Shown piece after piece: positions 28,801 through 40,800 of a stretch of DNA of 64,000 bases. This stretch comes from Tubiluchus corallicola (taxonomy: Eukaryota > Animalia > Priapulida). The notes below the pieces were generated by a model. That model worked only from the letters and a program-made list of their open reading frames with translations, made no database searches and was not told the origin of the DNA. The stretch lies in the NCBI GenBank assembly GCA_030141605.1, contig JAQGDQ010000333.1, forward strand, positions 197,803 to 261,802, given 5' to 3'. The position numbers were made by a program, and so were the translations under genes. Every line of letters begins with the position of its first letter. Within the stretch, counting starts at the first letter, position 1.

Positions 28801-31800
28801 GCTATTGGATAATGGGCGGCTAGACAAAGGATAAACCATGGCCACACAACATAATCAACAATACATTGATTTTCATTAGACCAACTAAAGAAAATTTGCA
28901 AGACTGTAAAAATGGACAAAAGGATTGAGTAGCTGATGCAGAAGAGAATTAGTTTATAAAATTTGTTGGCTGTCATTAGTTGTTTGTATATGATTGGTTT
29001 TGTCATAGCTAAATGTCTGTCGTAGGTGACTAACATTAAATTTCCTAATGTGGATATGACGCAGAACATAGAAAAAAATGCAAAAAATGAGCAGAATCCC
29101 ACTTCTGTCTTTGGATGAATCATGAGGGACATAGTAACCACTGGTGCTAGAAATCCACTGATCAGATCTGTAATGGCCAAGCAAGCAAGAAATTTATTGG
29201 TGAATGTCTGCAGTTTTTTGAATTTTCCAATGGCAATGATAACTAACAAGTTGAGAAATATAGTTAGTACACCTATGGGCACTATTATTATAATTTCTCC
29301 ATTTGCCTTAAGCAGATCATATGATTTTGCTTCAAAGTTTGTGTCATCAGGTTTGGCTTCAGTCTCATTTGTTTCCTTGCTGTAGGAAATCCCAAAACTT
29401 CCGTTTCTGCTAATAGCAATTTTAGATTCCATTTCCGTGGTAACACGCCTATAAGTTGTTTCACATTTTTGCACAAATTATGTCATCACTAATTTTCACA
29501 TATCTACTGATTTGCAAAATATGTTGTCGCAACTTTTATCCACCTTGATGATTTACAAAAGTTTCTCTCCCTCTAGATGATTTGCCAACAGTAATGTCTC
29601 TTATTTATAGCAAAGCAAGATTATTAAAGGGTAACACTTGTCAGTCAGCACATGTACTGCACATGTAGGAGTGTACGTCATAATGACCACATCAGCCAGT
29701 GAAACTCTAGAAACTTGTTTTGAAAGAAACTTTATTGTGATACCTACCTTGTTCCATTATGCAGCTTTGCAATTTTGTGTGTAAAACACAAAGGCAGTTT
29801 GCGTGTTACTGCTAAGCTATCAGAAATGGCTTTAGTTTGTTTGGTTAAGTGCACAGATCATATAGATTTTTGTGACACCTGAATGGATTTGTGAAACTCT
29901 GTCTTAGAACAAACAATTTTCTTTATTATCTTGGAAAAACAGCTAGGTTCAATCCGTTATTATGTTTTTGGGAAAGAATAAAATTTGATACAAATAAAAA
30001 TCTTTTGTTATATTAGGTGTCAGGTTTTATCACTATTTTGTTCATTTTTCTTGAAGCATGGATGTCAGATTAAGTTTTTTAATGAAAAAAATTTATTTTA
30101 ATCTATTAGAAACTTTTGCTAAAAATATAGTTTGAATTAAGTTTTTACATGTTTTATTCAGATTTTAAAAAAAATGAAGATTAAATGACTTCGTAAGATA
30201 GAAACCTAAAAATTATTTTGGTTGATTTATGCAAACACTATGACTGTCAAACACAACTGAAGAACGTTCTGTACAATGTCATCTCAGTGATATGAAGTGT
30301 CTCAAGTCCTAAACACTAAGCAAAGTGCTGCTTGTTATAACAGTGCATGAGCACTGCCCTCAGTTATCTACTCCATAAAGTTTGTTGTTTGGTTATGATT
30401 TTTATAAAGTTGGACGACTGAAGCATGATTTATATTTTAGTGCTTTAGCCCCTGCTATTTATCTGTGTACAGTAATCTTTAGCATCATGGATGTCTGCTA
30501 TTTCTATCACAGGGAGTAAAACCGGTATAACCTGTCAGTTGCCACTGCTTACTGACTATCTCTGTTGATTACTTTTTCTATCTATGTTGATTTCTTTACA
30601 ATTTTGTTGTGTTATTAGTTTCTGTTGTATCTCACTCTCTTCTGTGACTGTGACCAGTGATTTTATACTTCTGTGTTTTTCCCTTGAGTTTTTTTATTAG
30701 CATTTATTATATGTATAAAACATAGCGCCTAAAAAATCAATATTAGTAATTCCATTCAGTCTTTTCCTTTTTCACCTGAAAATAAACTAGGGCGACATTT
30801 TTCATTAATATATGAGGTGCTATATAAGGACATGAAATAAAAATTCATAGTTCATAGTGCTTCCACCACTGGCAAACAATTATATTCTCCCCTGTTTCAT
30901 ACATTTCCATTAAATTCTGTCTGTTTCATGTTACAAGCTTTTTTAGCCTTGCTGGTGTGAGACTTTCAATTTGTATTTGTTATAACCTTATCTCAGATTT
31001 CTGTTCTCAGAAACCTGAGATGTATTACAGACTATGTGTCTGCAGAGGATGCTACAGTGTTCCATATTTTTACTTTTCCTGTCTGAATGTCAATTAACTG
31101 AACTGTTGCCGATTGTGAAAGTTCTCAAGGAACACAAAAGCGCTTGTGGTCTATGCCATGTCCAAGTGCTCATCCGCAAAATTATAGCAACAGCCCTGCC
31201 TTCACTGGCTAACATGACTTTTTATTAACAGTACAATTATTAAACAATTGTGTGCTAATAAAATTAATAAATAGTAGTAATAAAGTAGTAATAAATGGCA
31301 CTATAATCATGTTAATCACTTGATAAATATACACAAAGTAATACAAAACAAATTATAGATCAGAAAATGTTATCAGTTTTATTTATGTTTCGAGCTTAAA
31401 ACTGTAACTATGACACCGTTATTTCATTTTATTATTATAAGTTTAACAAACTCTGATTCTTAATGGCTAATCAGGGTTATATTGACTGTACAAAACTTGA
31501 CTGTACAATCAATTACTAAATTGTTAACATTGGCTAATGCAGAAGTCTATTTGTGAACTGTGTAAGTATATTCATATGTTCACCTGATTTACAATTGACT
31601 CTGTACTTTATTTGCAAAGCAGTGTAATTTTAGTTTTCTTTGCAGGTATTTGCGGAAGTGGTGGGCTCAGTACACTGAGAGTCATGGTGAGATGGAAGTA
31701 GCTATGCAGTTTTATGAAGCTGCTGGAGATTGGTTGTCACTTGTCCGTGTCTATTGTTACTGTGGTAACATTGACAAGGTCAGAAACTTGATGTCAACAT

Positions 31801-34800
31801 TTTAGATGCATTTGCTTCGCCTGCTGACAAAAAACTTTATGTGTAAATCTTAAACTATCAATTGTGTTTTCTTTTTGCAAATTTTTTAATATTGGGTGTC
31901 TTACCTCATGTCTTCAACTGTATTCCCAAAAATGGCTCCGAAATTTTGTACACGGTAGTGGTTTTGTTACATTTTTGTCTACTAGTTAAACGACTATATT
32001 GTACATCAATACTATTTAATTTCATTCATATGTAGCATTAAGCAATAACATTCCTTATAGTGCTTTTTATGTTTCCAAAGTATGCTTTTGCCATGTTCAA
32101 TTTGTTTATAATTTTTTGTCAATACAAGTATGTTTTGCATAGAAATTCTGGCAAAAACCAAAACTATTGGTGAAGTCATCAACAAGAAGCAATATAATAG
32201 ATACATGCAACTTTGCTATTTTCATTTCAGTTCATTATGAAAAGTGGAAAGCCTTCTACTTTTTGAATGAGTTTCTTTTTTCTTGGTCTGCTTAATTAAA
32301 TATTTGCAGTAATTTGGAATACTAGAATTTCATATTTTAATTTGTCTTGCTGGCTTGGCTTTTGAGTAAGTTTAGAGTGTGTTTTTTTCCTTTAGGCATC
32401 AGAGATAGCAAATGAGACTGGGGATAGAGCTGCATGTTATCACTTAGCTCGACAGTTTGAAAATCAGGACAAAATAAAAGAAGCAATTCATTTCTTTACT
32501 AGAGCACATGCATATGGAAATGCCATTCGCATTTGTAAGGTAAAGAATTGTGTAAAATGTTTCTTTTTCAATATATTTTTCTTCAATTTTGTGTTACGGA
32601 AACATCTGTATATGTGATTTAAATGATATTGTTATAACACAGCTGAAAAAAGTCTGTTTTTCATTTCACGTTACTGATTATGCAGGTCTAAAGCCATAGA
32701 TGAAGGCTTTCAGTTGTTAAACATGGCACCTTACCTGCAAATGATTTATTTAACTTGTATGAATTCTGAGGTTGACTGTCATCTGAGTGCTCAATCTAGT
32801 CATCAACATTTACTTATTTATTGCTAATGAACAGCTAATTCTGGCAATAACTAACAGTACTGGGTCTGAAAGAACGTGAGTTATTGCAAAATACCAAATT
32901 TACAGACCTGGTATAATTAACAGATTTGTAAGTGTATGTTTAAGTCCTAATTAAGCAACAACCCTGTCAGTTTGCACTGTGAGCTCCAGATCAACCTAGT
33001 AGTTGCTATATGAATTTCTGTTTTGCTTCGTACACTGATCATTTTGTAGGATAGGAAAATTATAAAATCATTAACCGTTTACATGCAAGCATGTTTTTAT
33101 TTAAATAATCTGAGAAATCACAGAAGCTATTTACTAGAAACACCTTTGTCTCCCAATTTCAGACTAGACCTGCATTGTCTGTAATAGGCCATCTATGTGG
33201 TTGTTCAAAAGCGTAACAATTAAAGGAATGATATTCAAAAGAATCAGTCAGTTTTTACTGTCAGTTAGTTTGCATATAACTATTTGTTGAAGGGGTGTCT
33301 TTTCAGTTCCAAAGTATTTCCAAAAAACGAAAACAAGCTTTGTTGCAGTGATTACGTCTTGTGTTTCTGTAAATGTAAAGGAAAAGCACAGAAAAAAGAA
33401 GTTATGGTTGCTACGAAGAAATGAAAATGGAAGCTATTAGCAAATATTTCAGGAATTAAGAGCAGAAGAGTCAAATGACTTTTTAAATTACATGCTGATT
33501 ACATCAACAATGTTTGATGACTTGCTGGATAAAATTAAAATATCACCTCTCATACAAAAGAGTAATATCCTTGTGAGAGCATGCGGGTAAATTTCATGTG
33601 TATAATACAATAATTTTTTAATATCCCACCTTTTCGGTTTCTCTATTTTTATCTCTCTGGATAAAAATCAAGACAAGGTTGATATAGTCGAACTTGAATG
33701 ACACTATCATGTCCACATGATCATTCAATACTGACAAACTCGAGAATGAGTGTTTTGAATGCTCATGTGAACGGCCTATAAGATGAATTTCTAAGTACAT
33801 AGAGCTTACAAGACTTTTAGAAGGTTCTCCTTTGATAAAGTGTTTTACTCAAAATTAAGGAGACTTACAAAGATAGCCTCTAATCTGATGTTATGCTATT
33901 ATTCAGACCTTACTTGCATCACTGTAACTCCAACTTGTTGTTGTTGTAGCAGCACTGTTAATGAATTGTTTTTTATACAGTTTACTTTGGTTGCAAAACA
34001 CCCATTTGACCACTAGGTTATTCCTCTCTTCCCAAACTTCTTCCTGCTATTAATTGCTGTAGGCAATATTAGTATTGTTTAGTCAAAACATTAAGCATTT
34101 ACTTAAAAAATTTGGCATTCCATTCATGTAGGAGCATGCATTAGATGATCAGTTAGTCAACTTAGCACTTCTTAGTTCTCCTGAAGATATGATTGATGCA
34201 GCTCGGTATTATGAGAAGAAACCTAGCCAAAAGGACAAAGCTGTCATGTTGTACCACAAGGTTAGTCTATTCTAGGTTCCTTATTGCTAGTATTGGTACA
34301 TTCAGTAGGCAGCAGGTAATAAGCCTTTTCATAGTTTTGCTATTGGCATGCACTGTTGAGGTAAGCTCAAAGATTGAGTTATATAACTACAACAGTCACA
34401 TGACCTTATGCACGTAAATACATGTAGATGAAATGGGTGAAACACATTATTATTTTATTATCTACATGTGTACAGTTTTAAACTAACATGTTATTCTTTT
34501 CTGAAAACAGCTAGCATGTTATCACATTACTGTTATCATTTAAAGTTAGAAGAATATAACAAAGAAATTTGCAAAAAACTTTCTATTAAGCATAAATCTA
34601 AAAATACGCTACCTCTGAATAGAAATTTTCAGAGGTAGCCGCCATTCGTTTGGAAATTATGACATAACTAGCGAACTTTGTGACTTTTCGCAAGTGCATT
34701 GTGGTTTTCTATAAGCGCGCACGGCTCAAACTAATTCAAATTTCTGCAGTTTACTTAAAATTCATGCAAAAAAACAAAATCAACCAGGGTTTTCATATTC

Positions 34801-37800
34801 GCTTCAGCACTCAGATAATTAGTTCTTCTAAACAATACATATGTTCTATTCATGCATGTGTTGGGAACAAATTAGCAGTTGGTGCTAATAAAGCACTTCT
34901 ACACATAGGTGGATAGATAGCTCTTGATCATTAATGCAGAAAATCATCAAGCTAATTTGTTGGTTTGATGGGTCTATTGTAATTCATAAAAACTTTTGTG
35001 TACTACAGGCAAAGATTGCTAAAATGTTTAATGTGTTGGCTGTATTGAATCATTAAAATAATGACGAAGTTCACATTATTATTATTATACATCATGATGA
35101 CGCAACTTGTCATCATTAAAATAATGACAAAGCTCACGTTATTAGCCTACATCATGATGACGCAACTTGTCATCATTAAAATAATGACAAAGCTCACGTT
35201 ATTAGCCTACATCATGATGACACAACTTGTCATCATTAAAATAATGACAAAGCTCACGTTATTAGCCTACATCATGATGACACAACTTGTCATCATTAAA
35301 ATAATGACAAAGCTCACGTTATTAGCCTATATCATGATGACGCAACTTGTCATCATTAAAATAATGACAAAGCTCATATTATTAGCCTATATCATGATGA
35401 CGCAACTTGTCATCATTAAAATGATGACAAAGCTCATGTTATTAGCCTATATCATGATGACGCAACTTGTCATCATTAAAATAATGACAAAGCTCATATT
35501 ATTAGCTTGCATCATGATGACACAACTTGTCATCATTAAAATAATGACAAAGCTCATATTATTAGCCTGCATTACGATGACACTGCTTGTCATCATTATA
35601 ATCATGACAAAGCACAGGTTATTAGCCTACATCACACTGACATGATCTTTATCTTATTTTCATGAATCTTAAAGGCCGATTCAGTGAAAAAATAGAATTT
35701 ACCTGTTGTCTGCAATGTTTTTGCTAAATTTGTCTCACTTTTTGCTTCTGAACTGAATTAAGCAACGTTATCTTTAGATGTTATGCTTGCTCGCTGCAGT
35801 GATTACAACACTGATACTGTTGCATTCATCTGCACAAAATCCTTATGTATCATTAAAGTGGACATTCTTTCGTTTTCACCAATTTCATAAAATATTTCGA
35901 ACTTGGTAAAATGCTTGGTTGGTCTGTATTCAAATGTTCACAGTAAAGTTTGACGAAAGTTTCCTTGTACTTTTTCGATAAGACCAGAAACTGAGATAAT
36001 CAAACACATATGAAAAAAGTTTCAACCAACCCAAAATGCCAGTCTACAGAGGAACCGGGAAACGCCAACCATCCAGTGGGAGTCCTTCTCTCAGCTGGTT
36101 AACTGCTCCGATGCCTGAAAATTTACTCCCAGGAAATTAAACACACTTAACAAGGTTTTAAATTTATTTTAAAATTTGAGATATGAAATTTAATTAATAA
36201 TTTTTGGATTAGAGTTATAACTAGTACTTGGTTCATTATGGCAAGTGTTGGAGTAAAGTATTGCTGTGCTGTAAATTGTAATAACACAAAGAAAAGTATC
36301 AATCCAAGAATGAATGAAGTGGCAAGAATACATTCCTTTTCATACGTTATAAAAGATTAAATTGGCATAATGTTAAATAGCATATAGCTTTATTGCCATT
36401 GTCTTATTAAATAAATAAATAATGCTGTTTCTACTCTCATCACCTATCTAAGTCCATCACTTGTTTGCATCAATCAAAGAATGCCTCCAAAGGAAAGAGT
36501 TGTTTTGCCTGGTAAAGGAAAGCTTTAATATAATTACAACTAGGTAAATTATCAAAAGTGGAGAATGCAGAGGTGGAAGTTATTGTCGTTCTTCCCTGCC
36601 ATTGTCTTCTGTTGAATATGAAATCAAAGTTACAGCATCTGTAGGACTTCAACACATAGAGAAGTAGGTAAGCCTCTATACCACAGGATGAGTTGTAACA
36701 AAACTAATGATACAATCTGCCAGTGAGCAACAGCTAAACATAAATAACAAGATGTTTGTATGCAAATCTATCATTTAATTAGAAATATATTGAAGAAAAC
36801 ATATCAAGCAGGGATTATTTCTGTTCAGATGAATTCTACCCAAGGTATTTTGGCACATAATCAATGTGTGATGGTTGTGAGACATGACAACAAACCACCA
36901 AAATATAATTATACTTGTCTTTATTGATAAGGCGGATGGATAGGGGTTGAAATTGCTCTTAACATATTCTTGCAAAGAGCGCCTTGAATGAAACTAATTC
37001 AAAAATTTGTAATGAATTACTGTATTTATGAAGCAACTAGTGAGAAAATTTTTATATACCTTTATTATAACAATTAAACAAATGAGTCTCTGCCCTAAAT
37101 TACTTTAAAAATCAGCAGAATGTCCCGGCCAATGACATAAATGCACCAATTTTCCCCAAATTGAGTGGAGCAATTTGTTTTTTAAAGAGCCGGCATTTCA
37201 AATTATCTGTTGTTAACTCGACCATTTTTACAATTTCCAAAAATCGGGTTTGATTAACCGGACTTTGCATTATGAGTCTAGTGCTACCAGGAACATGTGT
37301 CTTTAACATGGAGAATAATAACAATAAAATAATCTTCAAATTGTCACCATATAAGGGAGCTATTTTGTAATGTTGATCTTCTTTGTACAGAGTAACATAT
37401 CCAACAATCCTCTCACATTCTGTAGCCACAAAAGTTCGAGTTGCAGAACTTTGAAGCCAAGGTCTCAATACCTTTGGTCTTGCATTTCCACCAGCTATAA
37501 TAGTGTCGTACTTTTCTAACTCATCATAGTCAATATTATTAAAGTCAACAATTATGTAGTCATTATTTGGTGCATACATTTTGTCCACTGCAGTTTTGTT
37601 TAGTATTCCTGACACTGTAATTGCATTGTGAGCATGATAGCTAAATCCAAACCTTTCATACATTCCTTTTAAGTGATACAGACTGTCTAATCCAATATTG
37701 CAGATTTTGGGAAGTTGTTTTTGCAGCATTTCTATTAGAGCACCGCCAATACCTTGACGACGGACACCTTTTCTGACCAAAATAATACCAATCATGGCTA

Positions 37801-40800
37801 TGTCATCACTAATTTGAGCTGCAAAAATGTGCCCTATAAAAATCAATCAGTTACTGTATCTAAATCTGAAAACATTTGATGATTGATCATGAAGTATTAT
37901 TGGAGAAGTTTATAATTGAGTGTCATTTTCCTTTAATTACAAGATTAACTTGAGTATAACCACTTCATGTTTTGTGCTGAATGTTCCACTTACCAAGAAG
38001 ATTTCCTTCATTATCAATGGCACAGAGTGAACTTTGTGGATTAGTCGTCCAAAGGATGCTAATGAGTTCAGAACTTGATGTCCAGCCTTCTGCTTTTATC
38101 ATCTTGAATATTTCTTCATGCATCTCGTGTTTAGTCTGAATTATTCTGTAGTCCATTTCACTAATAGAACAGAAGCACTGTATTTAACTGCACTTCTTTT
38201 GCTAGTATTTGATTAACAGATTGACAGTACCATCATTTCTCAAAAAAAGTTTCAAGTTTCAGAAATGTAGCATTACAAAGAGGACCCAAAGGTCACCTTT
38301 CCTATATCATTCTCTGAACACCTTTCCCATGTTTTTAGGTCTTATAATTATGAAGTTATTAACTTGACCCTATTTTCTGTTTTGGCTCCTATCTTGGGCC
38401 CTGAAGGAATCCCAGCTTTTTAAAACACCAGGTGCACATTTAACCCACAATGCTTAAATACTTGTAAAAAATTGAAACAGAAGAATGGTTTGACACCCTC
38501 TGTCACTGACACCCTTGAGCAGAGATCAGCAGCCACTACATTGCTGCCCTTCCCCTGCCAAAGGCTACTTGCTCGTTGAGTTTCGTGACCCTAGTTTGCA
38601 AGGCCAACAAGTAATTAAGGGAGATATGTTTACGGAGAATGAATAAAGAAGTAAACAACTCTATGAAAATCATAGCATAATGTCAATGAAATTGAAAAAT
38701 TTTGCCTATAAGTCCACTTATAATCAATAATGCGTGAACAGTGAACATCCAACTTAGTGTCCATCTCTTTACCTGAAGCAAAGCCAGCAGCTTTTACTGA
38801 ATTAAAGTTATAGGCAGACTCTGGGAATGCTATGGGTACAGAGTACAATGGGAATGACGTCAGAACAATGCAAACGTCACTGTAGCTTCTAAGCGAAAAT
38901 CTCCCAAAATGGAACCTGTAATCAACTCTTTGCCACTCTTCTTGATGGAAGTGCCTCAACATGTGGCCCACATCATCGTGTAGACCTGTCCTTGTTATTC
39001 TTCTTTCCAAGGAGCTATATATCTCCTTCCAAGAGTCCCACCAGGTGCAGCTAGGACATTTTTATACAGGCTGTTCTGTCAAAATTTCAAAAAAAAATCA
39101 GAAGTTGGGTCCCGGGAAAATGCCCGTTATGGGACGCCATGACCCTCCAGTGAATTATAAATATGTCTCCTACACCCACCCATCTATCTATTATCAGCAG
39201 TGCCCCCAGCCTGTTCCCAATCTGTAGAAATAAGAGGTATAAATTTTGCAAAAAAAAGAAGCCCATTTTGGAGGTATTTGGCCCCCCCTTCCTCCCGGTG
39301 GGCTCAAATAAAAAATAAACCATCAAATAGATGACACCTGATCAAAATTTAGATACAAAAAATCCGTCTGACCTTGTTTGACCAGGAGGCACTATTGGGA
39401 AAATATTGCTCCTTATGTACCTTTATGTCTTTATTGCCTGTGAGAATTTTTGAATAGACGTTGCCAAAACAGAATGATTTTGTGTCAAGATCCTCACAGT
39501 GTCAAATGTGAGCCAGGTGACGTACAACATCATGAATGCTCTAGTTTTTATAAATTAGAATTCATATTTTTATTTACTGTACAACTATTATGATAATATA
39601 CGATTTTTTAAATTATTTATTTCGGATATTCTCCTTATGTTTAATGTCAAAGTATTCTAAATTAAGGTATTTTTAATTATCATATCACCTGGTTACTATG
39701 CAATGTGGACATTTATCAAGCCAATTCACTAGGAGCTTCAGCAATCTTATTTGCAGCTGCACTACATATATGAACTACAGACAATCAAAAACGTTAATTA
39801 TCTTAGCGATTATTAATACTATTTATTTAATTTTTTATAAATCCCGTTCCTCACTATATGTAACGCAAACCAGTTGCCAACGTTAATAAGTTAAAGCCAA
39901 CAGAGTAATTATTTTAACAAGCTAAAACTGAACACTATAAGCTAAGTATGCCTAACCTGATTATCTGTAATTATATTATGTGCAGCACTTATGTAATCTG
40001 AGGTATAATCCTATGGCTACAGCAATTTATCTGCTTAACTAATTTAGCTAGCAGCCTTTGACCTTTAGTACAAAGTTACAAGATCTTTACTTTATTGCCC
40101 TTGATCACGACTAAACAGCGTTTGGCCTAAGATTATTTGATGGTGAGCTAAACCACAGCACGCACTACGTATCCAAGCAATGTTATCATTTGTTTACTGT
40201 TCGATTTCCAAACAAATAATTTGCCAATGTATTTTCATCAAGAAATTTATATTTTCAATGTATTACACATAATGCTGTTCACATTTCTGTGAACATAAAA
40301 TGCATACATATGTATTATATTAGCAGGTGATTTTACAGAAACTTTAATTATTTCTGGAATGTTTTTAGTTTCAGTCTACAGAAGTAAAAACAATAGTGGA
40401 TGTTCTTGACTTTACAGAAACTGTGATAAGCTTCTGTGATAGAAGATGCTTTAAGAGGCAGCTTTTATTGTGTATTTACAAATAAAAATGATTCCCAAAA
40501 TAATGTGGATGTGACTCATACCAGTCAATTTGCCTCACTGAGGCCTTTCATTTGAAGTACTACAACATACTATTGCCTGGCACTGGATGAATTGTATCCC
40601 TGACCTCTAATACCAGTTTTTGCCAACCAGGGGGGCTACAGCTTGAAGCAATCTGGGCTTAGGCCATCCCATTCAATTCGTCTCACCAAGACCTTTCATT
40701 TGATGACCATAAGATATTAAAATTGCAACATGTTAATTTAACCTGTCATTTTGGGGTCAACGGTCAATAAATATGGGCGTGACTCATGCCACCTAATTAC

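Noticed and set aside
29433-29474. Extended GPCR N-terminus from the ORF track
   Set aside because: Starts at GTG; the first ATG is at 29432. An upstream exon cannot be excluded.
35061-35645. 194-aa hydrophobic ORF
   Set aside because: It is the 60-bp minisatellite read in a stop-free frame; no domain or splice support.
38630-39010. 126-aa minus-strand ORF upstream of the GNAT gene
   Set aside because: Non-ATG start, no recognisable motif, and it borders repeat-derived sequence.
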